A stretch of DNA of 64,000 nucleotides. Origin: Octopus sinensis. Its lineage: Eukaryota. The notes beneath the pieces are model-generated. The model was not told the origin of the DNA, did not search any database, and saw only the letters and a list, made by a program, of their open reading frames with translations. Each line of letters begins with the position of its first letter. The stretch's first letter is position 1. Of this stretch, positions 35,608 through 49,978 are shown piece after piece. Position numbers and translations under genes: made by a program. The stretch covers positions 4,402,001 to 4,466,000 of the forward strand of contig NC_043020.1 in assembly GCF_006345805.1 (NCBI RefSeq), given 5' to 3'.

Positions 35608-38322
35608 GTGAGTAATTTTTAGGATTCTTTTCACAAATCTCGTTATTTCATTCATTTTTTTATCATTTATAATTGATATTGAGCATATGTAATCTCACAC
35701 ATATATGTAAAGTTTCTATGTTTTTAATGCATCTGAGTAAAAATGAAAAGTGTTCTCCATCGATGTAAGTTTGGTTTGGAAATTCCTCCTCAAATGTAAA
35801 GAAAATAGTTTTAAAATCTGGCGATGGCATTTGTCAGCTGCAACTAAATGGAAGAACAAACAGGAGAGTAAGAAACTTGATGATTCGGTCAAGGCGCTTC
35901 TGCGTAGGAACGAAGAGTTGTGAATTTACATCGCAACACGTTTCTTGGTCAACTTCTATGAACAGACGAAGGAACCGGTGACTTGCTAGAAACAAGGGTC
36001 AAATCTTTAAGTCACTGCCATCATTGCGAAAACCTGTGATCCTAGATAAATAAATTCGTCATGGCTGGAACATCTTTCGCTGTAGATCTCTGTCAAGTTT
36101 GACACCGGGGCTAAATAGCGATAGCAACAACTACTGAAAGTTCCAATACATTTCAGTGCCCCACCATTGCTACCCAGCATCATAGCATCCTTAGGCGCTT
36201 CGGCAACGCCATCGCAAACATTATCGCAAAGAAATATCCAGCAGAAGGAATACATGGGAAAAAGTAAACGGAAATTGGAGAAAATATTTCAGATCTTTGC
36301 AGATGTCGTGATTCGTTTTGAAATGTAGGGTCATAACGGAGTGGCGCCTTCAATTGAGTAGATGCTGATATATAACTGGTTTATATTTTATTAATTCTTG
36401 GGATTTAGTCAGTTTTTGTATTTCGTCTTTTCGGAAGTGGAATGTCGATAAAATCAAGTTCCAGTCAAGAATGGTGGATTGTCGGAATTTTTAGGGCGCT
36501 GACGAGATTTTTTTTTCTTTTTATCTTTTTGGTCATGAGGGAAGGCACTGTTCATGTCCCTCCAAGATTGGTGTGAGACTTGGACTGAATGCCTCGAAGG
36601 TGTTCGGTGGTGGTGTTAAACCCAGTGATAAATTACTTCTTACCATCTAGTTACATTGTAATATTTATTTCAGCTATTTGTGTACTGTATTCTTGGCTGG
36701 TAGACTTAGTCTTGTCTGTTAGTTTTTATACAACCTGGCCATTGTGTGCTTTTAACGGAGCTCATTCTTTCACAAGCATTTGGTCCAGGACCTAAGCTTA
36801 AGGATAATTCCTATTCTTCCCGCTATCAATCTTGGAGTGTTGCCATTCCTTCTATGCTTTATTTCCTTGCAGATTTCCAACATACTGTTATTTCTGCACA
36901 GATTTTCAATGCCCCACGTTCCTTCACTGCTGACATACTTCTTATTTCTTTGAAAGTCTTTTCTTGAAACATCAGTATGTACATTTCTGCTCATGACACA
37001 AACTTCATTTATTTTATGAATCTTAAAGTGTGTTTCACTTAAATATTGTGTACATCCAAATTTAATTTTAACTTGAAACTTCTTTCCAATTTCTTCTTGT
37101 TCTTTGATATAACACATTTTTCTTTTCAAAAGAAAATTGTAAATATCCTAAATAATTTTTTCTTTGAAAAATGCCTTTCGGTTCTGATAAGTCAACTTAA
37201 ATTTAAAGAGTTTAAATATGATGACAACTGAAAGTGAAATAAGCTTGTAAAGTTCAACTATAGCTATATATCAGTCAGAAATTAGATAAAATGCAGAGGA
37301 ACACTCATTTTTAGCATTAAAAAAATATCAGTTAACTGTAGATAGTTTTTACTTTTTCAATGCAGTCAGTCTCAAAGAAGACTTAAAGTTTTTGATAGGC
37401 TTCTTTCAGTTTCCACCTACCAAACCCATTCAAGGCTTTGGTCAGTGTGGGGTTATAGTACAAGACACTTGTCCAAGGTACCAAACAGTGAGACTGAACC
37501 CTGTACTATATGATTGGGAAGCAAATTTCTTACCACTCAGTCAGGCCTGTGCATTTTATGAAGAAATGTTTTGCCAAGAATGGTGAATCTTGGACATTTT
37601 TCAGCTGCATTCTCTATTCACTAATTTCAGAGTGTAGTGTATGACAAGGTAGATTTAACTATTCTAGCAAGCGAGGCAACCACTTAGAATCTCCCTCATT
37701 AGAATTTCAGTATTAAAATTATCATCATTTAATATCTACCTTAATATATTATTTACCTACAGCTGAGAATTTTTCTCAACACAAATTAAAAGCATTTTTC
37801 TTTTTCCACAAATCAACTGGAAATGCCATTTGAAGCAATGCTTAAAGTCATTCAGATAATCCCAGATCAAACACAAATTAGTCCAATAATGATGATTGAT
37901 TGATTTTTGAATAGGATAGCTTCTAGTTACATCCAGAAGTTCTTAATTACACAACCACAGTTGCAACTAAAGAGCTAATAACTACTTATAAAAGAAACTT
38001 AAAATTAAGGAACAGACATGGCTGTGTGCTTAAGAGGCTCTCTTTTCAACCATATAGTTTCAGGTTCCATCCCACTGAGGTGCACATTGAATAAATATTT
38101 TCTACTACAACCTTGGTTGACCAGTATCTTGTATGGAAGCTTGTTGTGTATGTCTGCATATCTTTACATTGATACTGCTTGAGTAGCAATGGTGTTTGCA
38201 TTCTGTAGCTTGGCCATTCAGCATATGAAGACATGGTATAAAGTTAAGTGTTTTTTTAACAACTTTATTGTTTTCCCTCTCACAATTTTGTTTACTCTCT
38301 TCTCTAATTTCAGATATCCACA

Positions 38323-38407
38323 ATGGAGGTGACTGAAGGAAATTTAATCACCCTTGCTAATTATCTCCAGGAAACTTTAAGCTCAGATGTCACTACCAGA
38401 CGTAAAG
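38323..38407 (+). CDS. CSE1L: CSE1L/exportin-2, first coding exon
   Basis: Acceptor ctaatttcag| at 38313/38314, ATG at 38323. Encodes MEVTEGNLITLANYLQETLSSDVTTRRK plus 1 nt, then donor gttggt. Matches MELSDANLQTLTEYLKKTLDPDPAIRRP. Confidence 0.9.
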
Positions 38408-40717
38408 GTTGGTTTATTGTGGCTTTTGCAAAGAAATAATAATAGAAAACAGTAGATTTGAGAAGATGCTAATTATCTGATTAGAAGAAACATCACAAAA
38501 TATGTGCTGATTGACCTTCAGCCAGTCCTGTGATGAGGAGCGTGAAAGATATTTCACTCCTTCTTGAGCACATTCACTGAAGCAAGACGTTTGATGGGTT
38601 CATGTAACAGGTACAACATGGTAACAAAGTCATATTTTGGTCTCTGTTGAACCATAATAAATATGTACTGATTCCAAGCAGATATGTTTGGTTTCCAAGC
38701 AGTATCTTGCTGATCTGTTTGCAAGAAGCAGTGGACTTTGATGCCCTCCTTAATGGTCTGCTGCAATTCTCTGCTGAAAATACAGTGCTGTGTAAAGTCA
38801 ATTTCAGTTGAAGAGGCATATACATTTAGCTACTGTGTGAGAGGAAAATTGTCAGGACTGGATGGTCTGGCCTACCAGCTTCATTACTACATATCATACA
38901 CTATTTCCTTGGCAGTTACTAACTGCAGCTGGCAGCATTCTGAGTCATATAAGCTGGGGAAGTTTGCTGCTGCTGAAGAATGGATCTATGAGAGACAATT
39001 TCAGGCTTATGTTAACATTTTTCCATAGTGTAGTTGGAGCCATGCAAACTTGTGTGTGTGATCCCTGATGGATCTATCCACGGCAGTCTCCAATTTGATG
39101 CCTGTCAGATGGAATTGAGAATAGATATATACACTCATTTACTATCTGTGCATTTGTAGCCTTGTGAGCTTGTGCCAATTAGTTGTCGTGTATGACAGAT
39201 TTGGCGATGCTTGATATACAAAATGAAAAATTGACCTGGAGCTAAACAGCAACTATTGGTATAGTTAAATCTATTGTGAAGATTGACTTGCTACCTTGTT
39301 TTGGCAACAAAAAATGGTTAGATGAAGCAGGTGTGTGATGAAAGGCTTTTCGGCCATCACCATCTTTTTGAGGGCATCTAATATATTACTGGCTTATTTA
39401 AAGATGGCATAATTTGTGGGAGATTATCTTTATTTCTAGGTGGTTTAGTAACTACATAGAGGGTCCCTTATTGGTGAGGCTGTTAAACTGCAGGGACACG
39501 AGTGAACCATTATCTTCATATATCCTAGGTGTTTATCAATCTGATGGAGTCCATCCCTCTCCAATTGACACCCACAAGAGAAGTTGTAGGTAACTCAGTA
39601 CTAATAGCCAACAGATCACTTGTCAATTTTACTTTGTTGACACTGTGTATTTTAACAGCTACATGGGCAGCTAGGCAACAGGTATACTTGCTTAAGGGTG
39701 ATGATCAGAAGTATGAAGTGTTTGGGATTGTGAGTCAGAGTGTTGCGAATGTGAGGTACATGTGGAATGATGAAGGGGTATTCGTCATTGTGGGCAACAA
39801 GAAAGTAGCATAGAAGTGCTATTTTGAGAAGCTGCTGAATTTAGAGGATGCATGGAGTAAAGAGGAGTTTCCTTATGCTGATTCTATAAAGAGATCAGTG
39901 GATACAGTAATTAAGGATATGAAGAGAAAGAAAGGGTCCATCAAATTTGGTTGCAAAGATGCTTAAAATATCTGATGAGGTACAAAACATGAATCAAGTT
40001 AGATCCAACCGTGTCATACACAATGACTGGTACAGCAGTATCATTGTAAATTGCTACAATAACAAAAGAGATGTCTTAGAGAGAGGAAATTGTAGAAGAA
40101 TCAAACTATTGGATCAGGTTATGAAAGTCATGGCTAGAGTCATAGCACAATTGATCTGAAATGCAATTTGACTTCATGCCTGGAAGAAGTACCACAAATG
40201 CAGTCTTTCTGGTAAGGCAACTAAAGGAGAAATATAAAGTTTGAGATTTTTTTTCTAGGTGGTTTGAGACTTTTTCAGGAGAGACATTTATTAATTTCAA
40301 AGAAGTACAAAACTCAAATCTCCTTCAAAGTAGAATCCTCTGACTTCAATGTGCTTGTTGTAGCACTCCATCTACTTCATGAGGGCCCCCATGGAAGTCC
40401 CCCCAAAGTGTCCAAGACCCTTGTCACAATCACACGTCACTCCTTCAGCTAAGAGAACAGCCAAAAGTCACAAGGAGCAAGGTCTGAACTGCAGGGATGG
40501 TGAGGGACATTTTTGATGCTCATCTCTGTCGAGTAGATGGAATTGGAGATTGGTGCATTGTCCTGGTGCAGGTGCTCTGGTCTTTTGTGAAAAAAATCTC
40601 TTCCTGAACTCCTTCAAAAAAAAAAAAAAAATTGTTGACCATCTACTCAGTGGATGTAGATAATGCCGTGCTGTAAAAAAAAGGGGATCCTTTTTTCTTT
40701 TGACAGTAAGGGCATCA

Positions 40718-42540
40718 ATCATCATCATCATCGTTTAACGTCTACTTTTCATGCTGACATGGGTTGGATGGTTCAACTGAGTCTGGGAAGCCAGAAGGCT
40801 ACACCAGGCCCAGTCTGATCTGGCAATGTTTCTACGGCTGGATGCCCTTCCTAAAGCCAACCACTCCATGAGTGTAGTGGGTGCTTTTTACGTGCCAGAC
40901 GAGGCTGGCAAACGGCCATGATCGAATAGTTCTTTTTACGTGCCACCGGCACGGAGGCCAGGCAAGGCTGGCAATGGCCACAATCAGATGGTGCTTTTTA
41001 CGTGCCACTGGCATGGAGGCAGTCGGGGTGGTGCTGCCATGGCCACGTTTGGATGGTTCTCATACCGGCACTGGTATCACAGCTACGATTTCCATTGATG
41101 TTGATCGATTTTGATTTTGTTTTTGTTTTTCACTTGCCTCAACAGGTCTCACAAGTAGAGTTTTGTGTCCCAAGAAGGAAAGGTATGCATAAAGTGGGCT
41201 GAGGCCACGGGTTATGGTCTCACTTGTCCTGCCGGGTCTTCTTACGCACAGCATACTTCCAAAGGTCTCGGTCTCTTGTCATTTCCTCGGTGAAACCTAA
41301 AGTTCGAAGGTCGTGCTTCACCACCTCGTCCCAGGTTTTCCTGGGTCTACCTCTTCCACAGGTTCCCTCAACTGCTAGGGTGTGACACTTTTTCACACAA
41401 CTATCTTCATCCATTCTCGCCACATAACCATACCAGCGTAAACGTCTCTCTTGCACACCACAACTGATTCTTCTTAGGTCCAATTTTTCTCTTAAGGTAC
41501 TTACACTCTGTCGAGTATGAACACTGACATTACACATCCATCAGAGCATACTGGCGTCATTTCTTGTGAGCTTACGCATATCCTCAACAGTCGCGGCCCA
41601 TGTTTCACTGCCATGTAGCATGGCTGTTCGTACACATGCATCATACAGTCTGTCTTTTACTCTGAGTGAGAGGCCTTTCGTCCCTAGCAGAGGTAAGAGC
41701 TCTCTGAACTTTGCCCAGGCTATTCTTACTCTAGCAGTTACACTTTCAACACACCCGCCCCCGCTACTGACTTGGTCACCTAGATAATGGAAGCTATCAA
41801 CTATTTCTAGTTTTTCTCCCTGGAATGTAGCGGAAGTTGGTCTCTGCGCATTTTCAGTGTTTATTGCTCCTGAGCATCTGCCATCTACCTGAAGGTGTTT
41901 GTGACTTGTCTACCTTCCTACATATTAGGACTTTGGTTTTAGCTAGGTTGACTCTAAGGCCCTTCGATTCTAATCCTTGCTTCCACACCTGAAACTTCTC
42001 CTCCAGTTCTGATAGTGACTCAGCAATAAGAGCAAGGTCGTCAGCGTAGAGGAGCTCCCAGGGACAACCTATCTTGAATTCCTCTGTTATTGCCTGGAGG
42101 ACTATGATAAATAGGAGGGGCTGAGGACTGAACCTTGGTGGACCCCTACCTCTACCCGGAATTCTTCACTGTACTCCTTGCCAACCCTCACCTTACTAGC
42201 AGCGTCCCTGTACATGGCTTGCACAGCTCTCACTAACCATCTATCCCTAGTTTCCTCATTGACCACCTGATAAGGGATCGGGGGACCCTGTCGAAGGCTT
42301 TCTCCATGTCAACTAAAGCCAGGTACAGGGGCTTATCTTTGGCTAGATATTTCTCCTGCAGCTGTCTTACCAGGAATATGGCATCAATGGTGCTTTTCCC
42401 TGGCACGAACCCAGACTGCATCTCATCTAAACTAACTCTCTCTCTAATCAGTTTGGCTATGACCCTCTCCGTAACCTTCATTACTTGATCCAACAGCTTG
42501 ATACCTCTGTAATTATTTGTATCTAGGGCATCACCTTTAC
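40718..42540 (-). mobile_element. 5'-truncated RTE LINE with the PHD finger deleted
   Basis: RT motifs in ORFs 42233-42493 and 41220-41537. At 41881 the sequence joins gagcatctg|cca|tctacctg, where the 8989-9117 copy has 128 extra bp. Confidence 0.9.
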
Positions 42541-43254
42541 GATAACACTGAAATGGTGCTTTTTACACGCCACCGGCACGGAAGCCAGACAGCTGCTCTG
42601 GCAGTGATCCCACTCGGATGGAGCTGTTAGCGCTCCACTGGCACAGGTGCCAGTCATCGAATTTGTTTCGATTTCACCTGCACCAACAGGTCTTCGCAAG
42701 CAGAGTAAATGATATATTGAAATTACAATAATGTAAGACAGTTACAACTGCCTCTCCTGAAAATGTCTCATAACTTCTGGAATGCACCTTATACTTGGCT
42801 AAGAGTAAACTATTCCTGACATTTGTTGACTTGGAGAAGGCATTTGACTGGGTGTCACATTCAGTAACCTGGTGGTCAGTAAGGAAAATAGGTGTTGATA
42901 AATGACCTGGGAGTGTTGTACGAACTATGTATAAAGATGCAGTAAGTAAATTGGGGTTCAACAATTATTTTGGTGATAGATTTAGTGTGAAGGTAGACGT
43001 CCATCACAGCTCAGTCTTCTATTCATCATAGTCCTGTTGGCCATCATAGAGGCATTTATCATGAGAACTCCTCAATGCTGATGATCTAGTTCTCATAGGT
43101 GAATCAATGGTGGAATTAAAGAAGAAATTTTGGGTATGTAAGCTAAATCTTAAAGGCCTGAAGGTAAATCTAGCAATGATGAAGGTTTACAGACTTGTAA
43201 CATAGAGGTTAATTGGGAATTCTTGCAGGTCAGCTTACTGAGTGCCACATACCA

Positions 43255-45590
43255 AATCTAAGTCTCATCCAGACCTAGAATGATGTGGTGGAATGATGCT
43301 ATAGACATGGCCACTAGAGCAAAGAAGCAGGCCTGGAAGAATTGGGGTAGCAGGGAACTGTATCAGATAGCCAGAAGAGAAGCTAGAAGACAGGTATATC
43401 TAGCCAAGGGAGAAGCAGAAAAGAAGTTAGTGTTCAGCAATGTGAATACCAAAGACTTGAAGTCTTTCAGATTGCAAGACAGGTGTGTGAGAGAAAATTG
43501 CTATGTCATAGGTGAGAAATGTGTCTGCACGAATGATGGTGCACTTGCATTAAAAATTCTGTAAAGAAAGAGGCTTGGAAATGTCATAATGTTGAATGTG
43601 GAGAATGGATGGTGGGGAGGAGAGTCTGCCAAATGTTGACTCAAATGAGGGACCAGCTATCCGAGTGCCTTGGTAGATAAAGCAATTAAGGTTATGAAGA
43701 CAGGGAAAGCCCCAGCCCATCAGGAATCACCACTGAGATGCTTAAAATATCTGGCTGTGTAGGTTATGGTCTACTCACCTGTATTGTAAATCAGGTGGTT
43801 CACGGAGGAGTCCTACTCAATGACTAGTGTAATAGCACCGTAGTCAACTACTACAAAGGTAAAGGTGATGCCTTAGAAATAATTACAGAGGTATCAAATT
43901 GTTGGATCAGGTGGTGAAATTTATGGAGAGGGTCATAGCCTAACTATTTAGGGAAAGAGTTAGTCTAGGTGAGATGCAGTTTGGTTTTGTGCCAGGGAGA
44001 AGCACCACTGATGCTATATTTCTGGTAAGTCAGCTTCAGGAGAAATACATAGCCACAGACAAACCTCTGTACTTCCCTTTGGTTGACTTGGAGAAAGCCT
44101 TTGACAGGATCCCCCGATCCCTTATCTGGTGGTCAATGTGGAAACTCATGATAGACAAGTGGTTGGTGAAAACTGTCAAATACAAACCATGTACAGGGAC
44201 ACTGTCAGTAAGGTGATGGTTGGCAATAAGTATAGTGAAGAATTCCATGTAGAAGTAGGGGTTCACCAAGGATCAGTCCTCAGCCCCCTCTTGTTCATCA
44301 TAGTCCTCCAGGCAGTAACAGAGGAATTTAAGACAGGTTGCCCATGGGAACTCCACTATGCTGATGACCTTGTTCTTATAGCTGAATCACTACCAGAACT
44401 AGAGAAGTTTCAGGTGTGGAAGCAAGGTCTAGAATTGAAGTGCCTGAAAGAGTTAACTTAGCAAAAACCAAAGTCTTAGAGGAAGGCAAACAAATCACAT
44501 TCCTTCAGGTAGATGGCCTTGCTTGATCTGTAGGCATAGGTAGAAACTCCATAAGATATACCTGGTGTAAGCTTTGGACTCATAAGAGGCAGTAATATCA
44601 GAGGAAGGTTAACAGGGAAAATAGCTTTTGTGTGTGGAAGATGCACAGGTACAATAAACACCTAAAATGTACAGAAAATAGACTCCAACTATCAGCGGGG
44701 TAAGCTAGAGGTAGTAGATAACTTGTTATCTAGGTGCCTCAGTTAGTAGCGGAGGTGGATGCTCCGAGAATGTAGTTGTGAGAATAAGAATTGGCCGGGC
44801 AAAGTTCAGAGCTCCTACCTCTGCTGGCAACAAAGGGCCTCTCCCTCAGAGTGAATGCTACATGTCAGTGAAACCTGGGCTGTGACAGCAGAGGATATGC
44901 ATAGGCTTGAAAGAAATGAAGCCATTATGCTTTGCTGGATGTGCAATGTCAGTGTACATGCTCGACAAATTGTAAGCATCTTGAAAAAAAGTTGGGCATG
45001 AGAGGCATCAGATGTGGTGTGCAAGAGAGACAACTGCTAGTATGGTCATGTGATGCTTATGGATGAGCTGTGTAAAGAAGTGCCAATCTCTAACTGTAGA
45101 GGTAGATGCAGGAAGATATGAGATGAGGTGGTAAAGCAATGACTGATACCTTCGGCAATATGTTGTGCTTGAGAAGACCAAGTGAAATTGTAGTTGTGGC
45201 TGATGCTGGTATCATGTAACTAGCACCCGTGCTGGTGGCACATAAAAAGCACCTTTCAAGCATTGGGCCTCACAAAGGCAAGGTGGCATGTGAAAAGCAC
45301 CTTTTAAGTGTTAGGCCCCACAGAAGCAATGACGAATGACTGAGACCTTAGGCATTATGCCGTGCTTGAGAAGAAGACCCATCAAGCCAAGTAAAATTGC
45401 AGTCGTGGCAGCTACTGGTGTCATGCAAATGGCACCCATTACACTCATGGAGTGGTTGGCGTTAGGAAGGACAGCCAGCTGTAGAAACCATGCCAAATCA
45501 GACTGGAGGTTGGTGCAGCCTTCCAGCTTGCCAGCCTTGGTCAAACCATCCAACTCATGCCAGCATGGACAATGGGTGTTAAATGATGAT
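43255..45590 (+). mobile_element. Older, degenerate RTE LINE (PHD family)
   Basis: QFGFVPGRSTTDAIF, GVHQGSVLSP and ELHYADD; PHD remnant at ~44510-44645; 3' end ...catgccagcatggacaatgggtgttaaatgatgat. Confidence 0.85.
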
Positions 45591-45599
45591 GAGACCCTG

Positions 45600-46350
45600 T
45601 GGCCTTCAGGGGAAAAGGCCTTTCTCAATATGCAGAAAAGGAGTAGGAATAGCCATCATATATTTACCCAATGTAAGCTATGGACATACAAGGGATTGTG
45701 GAATCTCAGGTAAGCTATCTTCATATGTGACAAATGTGCTGCAGCAATACATATAATGAGCACACCAGAAATTGACTCTCTTAAATGCCTGGAGGACTTA
45801 TTAGTAATAGTCAGTAGCTTTTGTTACCTAGGAGACATAATTACCAGTGGAAGTGGTACCTCTGAAAGTATAATAGTCAGAGTAAAAGTAGGTTGGAAAA
45901 AGTTCAAGGACTTACTACTACTACTGTTGGAAACAAAGTTTTTTTTTGTCACATTGAAGGGCAGATTGTATGATGCTTGTGTTAGAACTGCAATACTGTA
46001 TAGTAGTGACATGAGCTGTGAATGCAGACAATTTTAGAAAACTGGAAATAAATGAAGCTAGCATGCTCTGTTGGATGTTTAGTGTGAGTGTGCATTAATG
46101 ATAGTACAAATATGTTGAAAGGAAATTGGGCATAAACAGAATCAGATGTAGAGTGTGCAAGACAGTAGAATGCATTGGTGAGGATGTATGGTACATGTGG
46201 ATGAAGATAAATCTATAAAGAAGTGCTGATTACTTAATGTGGATGGAGTTTGTAAAAAGTTGAGACCCAGGAAGACATGGGATGAAATAGTGATGGTTGA
46301 TCCTAGGACTTTGAACTTCAAGAAGAGATGACTGGACTGGCAACATGTAA
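45600..46350 (+). mobile_element. Highly diverged RTE fragment (PHD remnant and RT C-terminus)
   Basis: TQCKLWTYKG...FICDKC; SSFCYLGDIITSGSG; KGRLYDACVRTAILY; RPRKTWDEIV. Confidence 0.7.
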
Positions 46351-47071
46351 TGTAATACATGAAATGATGTGCCCATCTCAGTGAATCTCTTTGTTACCTA
46401 ACTGCAGTATTCTGCTGCTGTAATTAAATGTTAGCAGAACTGTACTTGACCAGCTTTACATCTCTTGCTCTCCCCTTACACTCTTGTATCTTACCCAACC
46501 ATACATCTCGTTCTCTCATGCTTCCTCTGCCTGTTGTATCATTATCATCATTATTATTATTATTATTCTGCTGTTTTTCTTCATCCCTTTCTGTACTGTC
46601 AATCATCTACTCTCCCCTACCTCTCCTAATTCATATGTATTGTTGATCACCCCTCCTCCATCCAGTACTCACTGCATCCACTGTTCAACACTCCTGTCTC
46701 TAGTCATCATCTGCTTTTCCTGTTGTTTATCATTCCTCAGTGCTTGTTCTTCAATTATTACGTTCACTCCCTTATTCCCTGTCTCTAAACCTTCTCTTAC
46801 CCCTCTACATTCACTACATCCAACCCTAAATACTACTTGATCTCTAGTCATCATCAACTCTTCCCTACCTTTTATCAATCCTTGTTCTTGATTCATTATA
46901 TTTGTCTCCTCATCCATTCCTTCCCCATTTTAGATTTTAGGCATTTCTGTAGTTTTTCAACTCACTTTATTACTTGTATGAAATGTTACTGTGTCTGTAT
47001 TTAGTATACATAACATTTCTCGGAGTTATTTTCTTCTCTCTTGTTAATATTTGGAAATCTCTCTTTTTCAG

Positions 47072-47214
47072 CTGAGAAGTTTCTGGAATCTGTTGAAATA
47101 AACCAAAACTACCCTATGTTATTGCTGAAGTTGTTAGACAATTCTGTTGATGCTCACATCCGTCTTAGTGCAGCTGTTACCTTCAAGAATTATATCAAGA
47201 GAAACTGGCGACAG
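47072..47214 (+). CDS. CSE1L: CSE1L coding exon 2
   Basis: ctctttttcag| acceptor and CAG|gtattt donor. G+CT completes Ala. Encodes AEKFLESVEINQNYPMLLLKLLDNSVDAHIRLSAAVTFKNYIKRNWRQ (importin-beta N-terminal domain). Confidence 0.97.
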
Positions 47215-48954
47215 GTATTTTTCTGCATCATATATTCACCTAAGACATCAAATTGACAGAGTTATTAGATGGTTGGATAGAATGTCTTCTGGTATTTATT
47301 TTGATTCTGTGCTTTAAGTTCAAATGCCATCTAAATCAGCTTTGCTATTTATCTTCTTAGGAATGAAAATGTTTCAATGTGGGCAGTGGATTGGTGGGAC
47401 TTTTAGAGTGTTAGACTGGATGGCATGCAGTATCTGCTCTGGCTCTTGGTATTCTGACAACATTTGCAGTAACACTGGTACCAAGTTGTATTAACCTTAA
47501 AGCTGTGCCCTTGCCTTTTGAGAATATCAGTAACTGTGGAGAGAGAAGACTTGTATGTCTGGGCAACTCTCTGTCTTCTACTAAAAAATAAACCTTACTT
47601 AGGCCTGTGCAGATACAGGCTGGCAGAAACCCTTATATTTATATGTATGTAGTTGTTTCTTTAACACCAAGTCAGTCTAGAAGAAGCACACCTATCATGA
47701 TAATCATTTCAGTTGTAATGTGACCATTTTTATTTATCTGTCTTTTCCAATGTGTTCTTTTGAATGCAGGCAGGATGCGATGTGAGGAGATTTGGCTGTT
47801 ATCTTTAGTAAATTGAGTAAATATTATTAGGTTCCTTCATTGGCTTATTTCGTTCCAGGTCAGCCTTGTTCCAGCAGACCTCTGATCAAAGACATTCTTG
47901 TCATGATCATTCTGAAGAGCTATGTTGTCTAAAGTGTTTTTCCTTTTTTTTTTTTTTGAACAGCTGAGCATAATTTATGGGAAATTTAATGGTTATTCAT
48001 TATAGGCAGATCCCTTGTTATCCTTATCATGCAAGAAAAGGAAGTCACTTTTTAATGGTCTTGATTAAATTGTCATTCAGTTTTCCCTGATCAATGAGGT
48101 TAGTTTGGCTGTGTGATTATGAAGTTTGCTTCACAATCAAATGTTTTCGAGTTCCGTCCTTTTGTGTGGCACCTTGGACAAGGTGTCTTCTACAGCCTTG
48201 GTTAAACTGGTGCTTTGTGAGGAAAATTTGGTACATGGAAACTGAATGGAAGCCCATGTATGTATGTTTTCACATGCCTTCACATTAATACCCTTTGAAC
48301 AAAAAATGTTATCTTATTTACATCGCGTGATAACAATACATCTGTGACTTGATAGTTTCCTTGATTTTGAGTGAAGACCTGCAGAACAAAAATACCTTAC
48401 CTGAAAACATGAAAGGGTTGGAGACCGGAAGTGTATTTGGCTAATGAATACTCCTTCACTAATCTTTCCAAACCTATGCCAACATAGTAAAAGCAGATAT
48501 GGAGATAATGATGGTCACTCATGTATCTTGTGAATGATAGTGGCGAGCTGGCAGAAACGTTAGCACGCCGGGCAAAACGCGTAGCCGTTACGTTCTGAGT
48601 TCAAATTCCGCCGTGGTCAACTTTGCCTTTCATCCTTTCGGGGTCGATAAATTAAGTACCTGTTACGCACTGGCGTCGATGTAATCGAGTTAATCCATTT
48701 GTCCTTGTTTGTCCCCTCTGTGTGTAGCCCCTTGTGGGTAGTAAAGAAACAGATAGCATCTTTGATGATATGTTTCCTATGGGCTGATCAATGGTTTATT
48801 GTATTTCTGTCAGTAAGAGTGACAAGGTGTGTCCTTTTGTCTTCAATTGACTATATATATTATTTTTATTGTATGCGCAGGTTCGTGTTTTATTTTTGTT
48901 ATATTCATACACACAGACATACATATATATATATACATGCATGTGTAAGAGAAA

Positions 48955-49795
48955 TGACTATGCTGGTATGGTCATGTGGCAAGAATGGATGAGGATAGCT
49001 GTGTGAAAAAGTGTCACACTCTAGCGGTTGAGGGAACCTGTGGAAGAGGTAGACCCAGGAAGACCTGGGATGAAGTGGTGAAGCACGACCTTCGAACTTT
49101 AGGCCTCACCAAGGAAATGACTAGTGACCGAGACTTTTGGAAATATGCTGTGCTTGAGAAGACCCGGCAAGCCAAATGAGACCATAACTCGTGGTCTATG
49201 TCAGGGGTGTAAACAGCCCACTTACGCATACCTTTTCCTTCTTTGGACACTAAACTATGCTTGCGAAGACCTGTTGTGGCAAGTGAAATCCAAATCAAAT
49301 TCGATGTCTGGCGTCTGTGCAAAGGGCACCATACGAGTGTGATCGTTGACAGAGCGGCTAATCGGTTTCCGTACCAGTGGCACATAAAAGGCACCATTCG
49401 AGTGTGATTGTTACTAGTGTCGCCTTACTGGCACTTGAGCCGCGTGATCGTTGCCAGAGCAGCCAACTGGCTTCCATGCCGGTGGCACGTAAAAGGGCAC
49501 CATTCGAGCGTGATCGTTACTGCTGTCGCCTTACTGGCACCTGTGCTGGTGGCATGTGTAAAAAGATTCGAGCGAGGTCATTGCCAGTACCGCCTGACTG
49601 GCCCCTGTGCCAGTGGCACATAAATGCACCCACTACTCTCTAGGAGTGGTTGGCATTAGGAAGGGCATCCAGCTGTAGAAACTCTGCCAGATCAAGATTG
49701 GAGCCTGGTGCAGCCGTATGGTTCACCAGCCCTCAGTCAAATCGTCCAACCCATGCTAGCATGGAGAGTGGACGTTAACCAATGATGATGATGAT
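48955..49795 (+). mobile_element. RTE LINE 3' fragment with repeated 3'UTR units
   Basis: ORF 48976-49179 (GRGRPRKTWDEVVKHDLRTLG...EKTRQAK*); tail ccaatgatgatgatg. Confidence 0.88.
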
Positions 49796-49978
49796 AAGTT
49801 GCTATACAGTTTCCATTTATTCAATTTCACTCACAAGTCATTTATTGACTAAAGTTCTAGTAGCAGACACATGAACAAAGTACCATGGAATAAGAAGATA
49901 TCTGGAAACCCATAGTTGGGAATGAAACTGCTTAACAACATAAGCCATTTCCTTGCATCTGTATATGTTTATCTAGAT

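Noticed and set aside
36007-36255. 82-aa minus-strand ORF near the CSE1L promoter
   Set aside because: No recognisable domain, no supporting splice structure, and the length is within chance.
38531-38580. C/D-box snoRNA candidate (GTGATGA...CTGA with an internal hairpin)
   Set aside because: Only ~50 nt long, no terminal stem, located near the donor rather than the branch region, and no recognisable rRNA-complementary guide.
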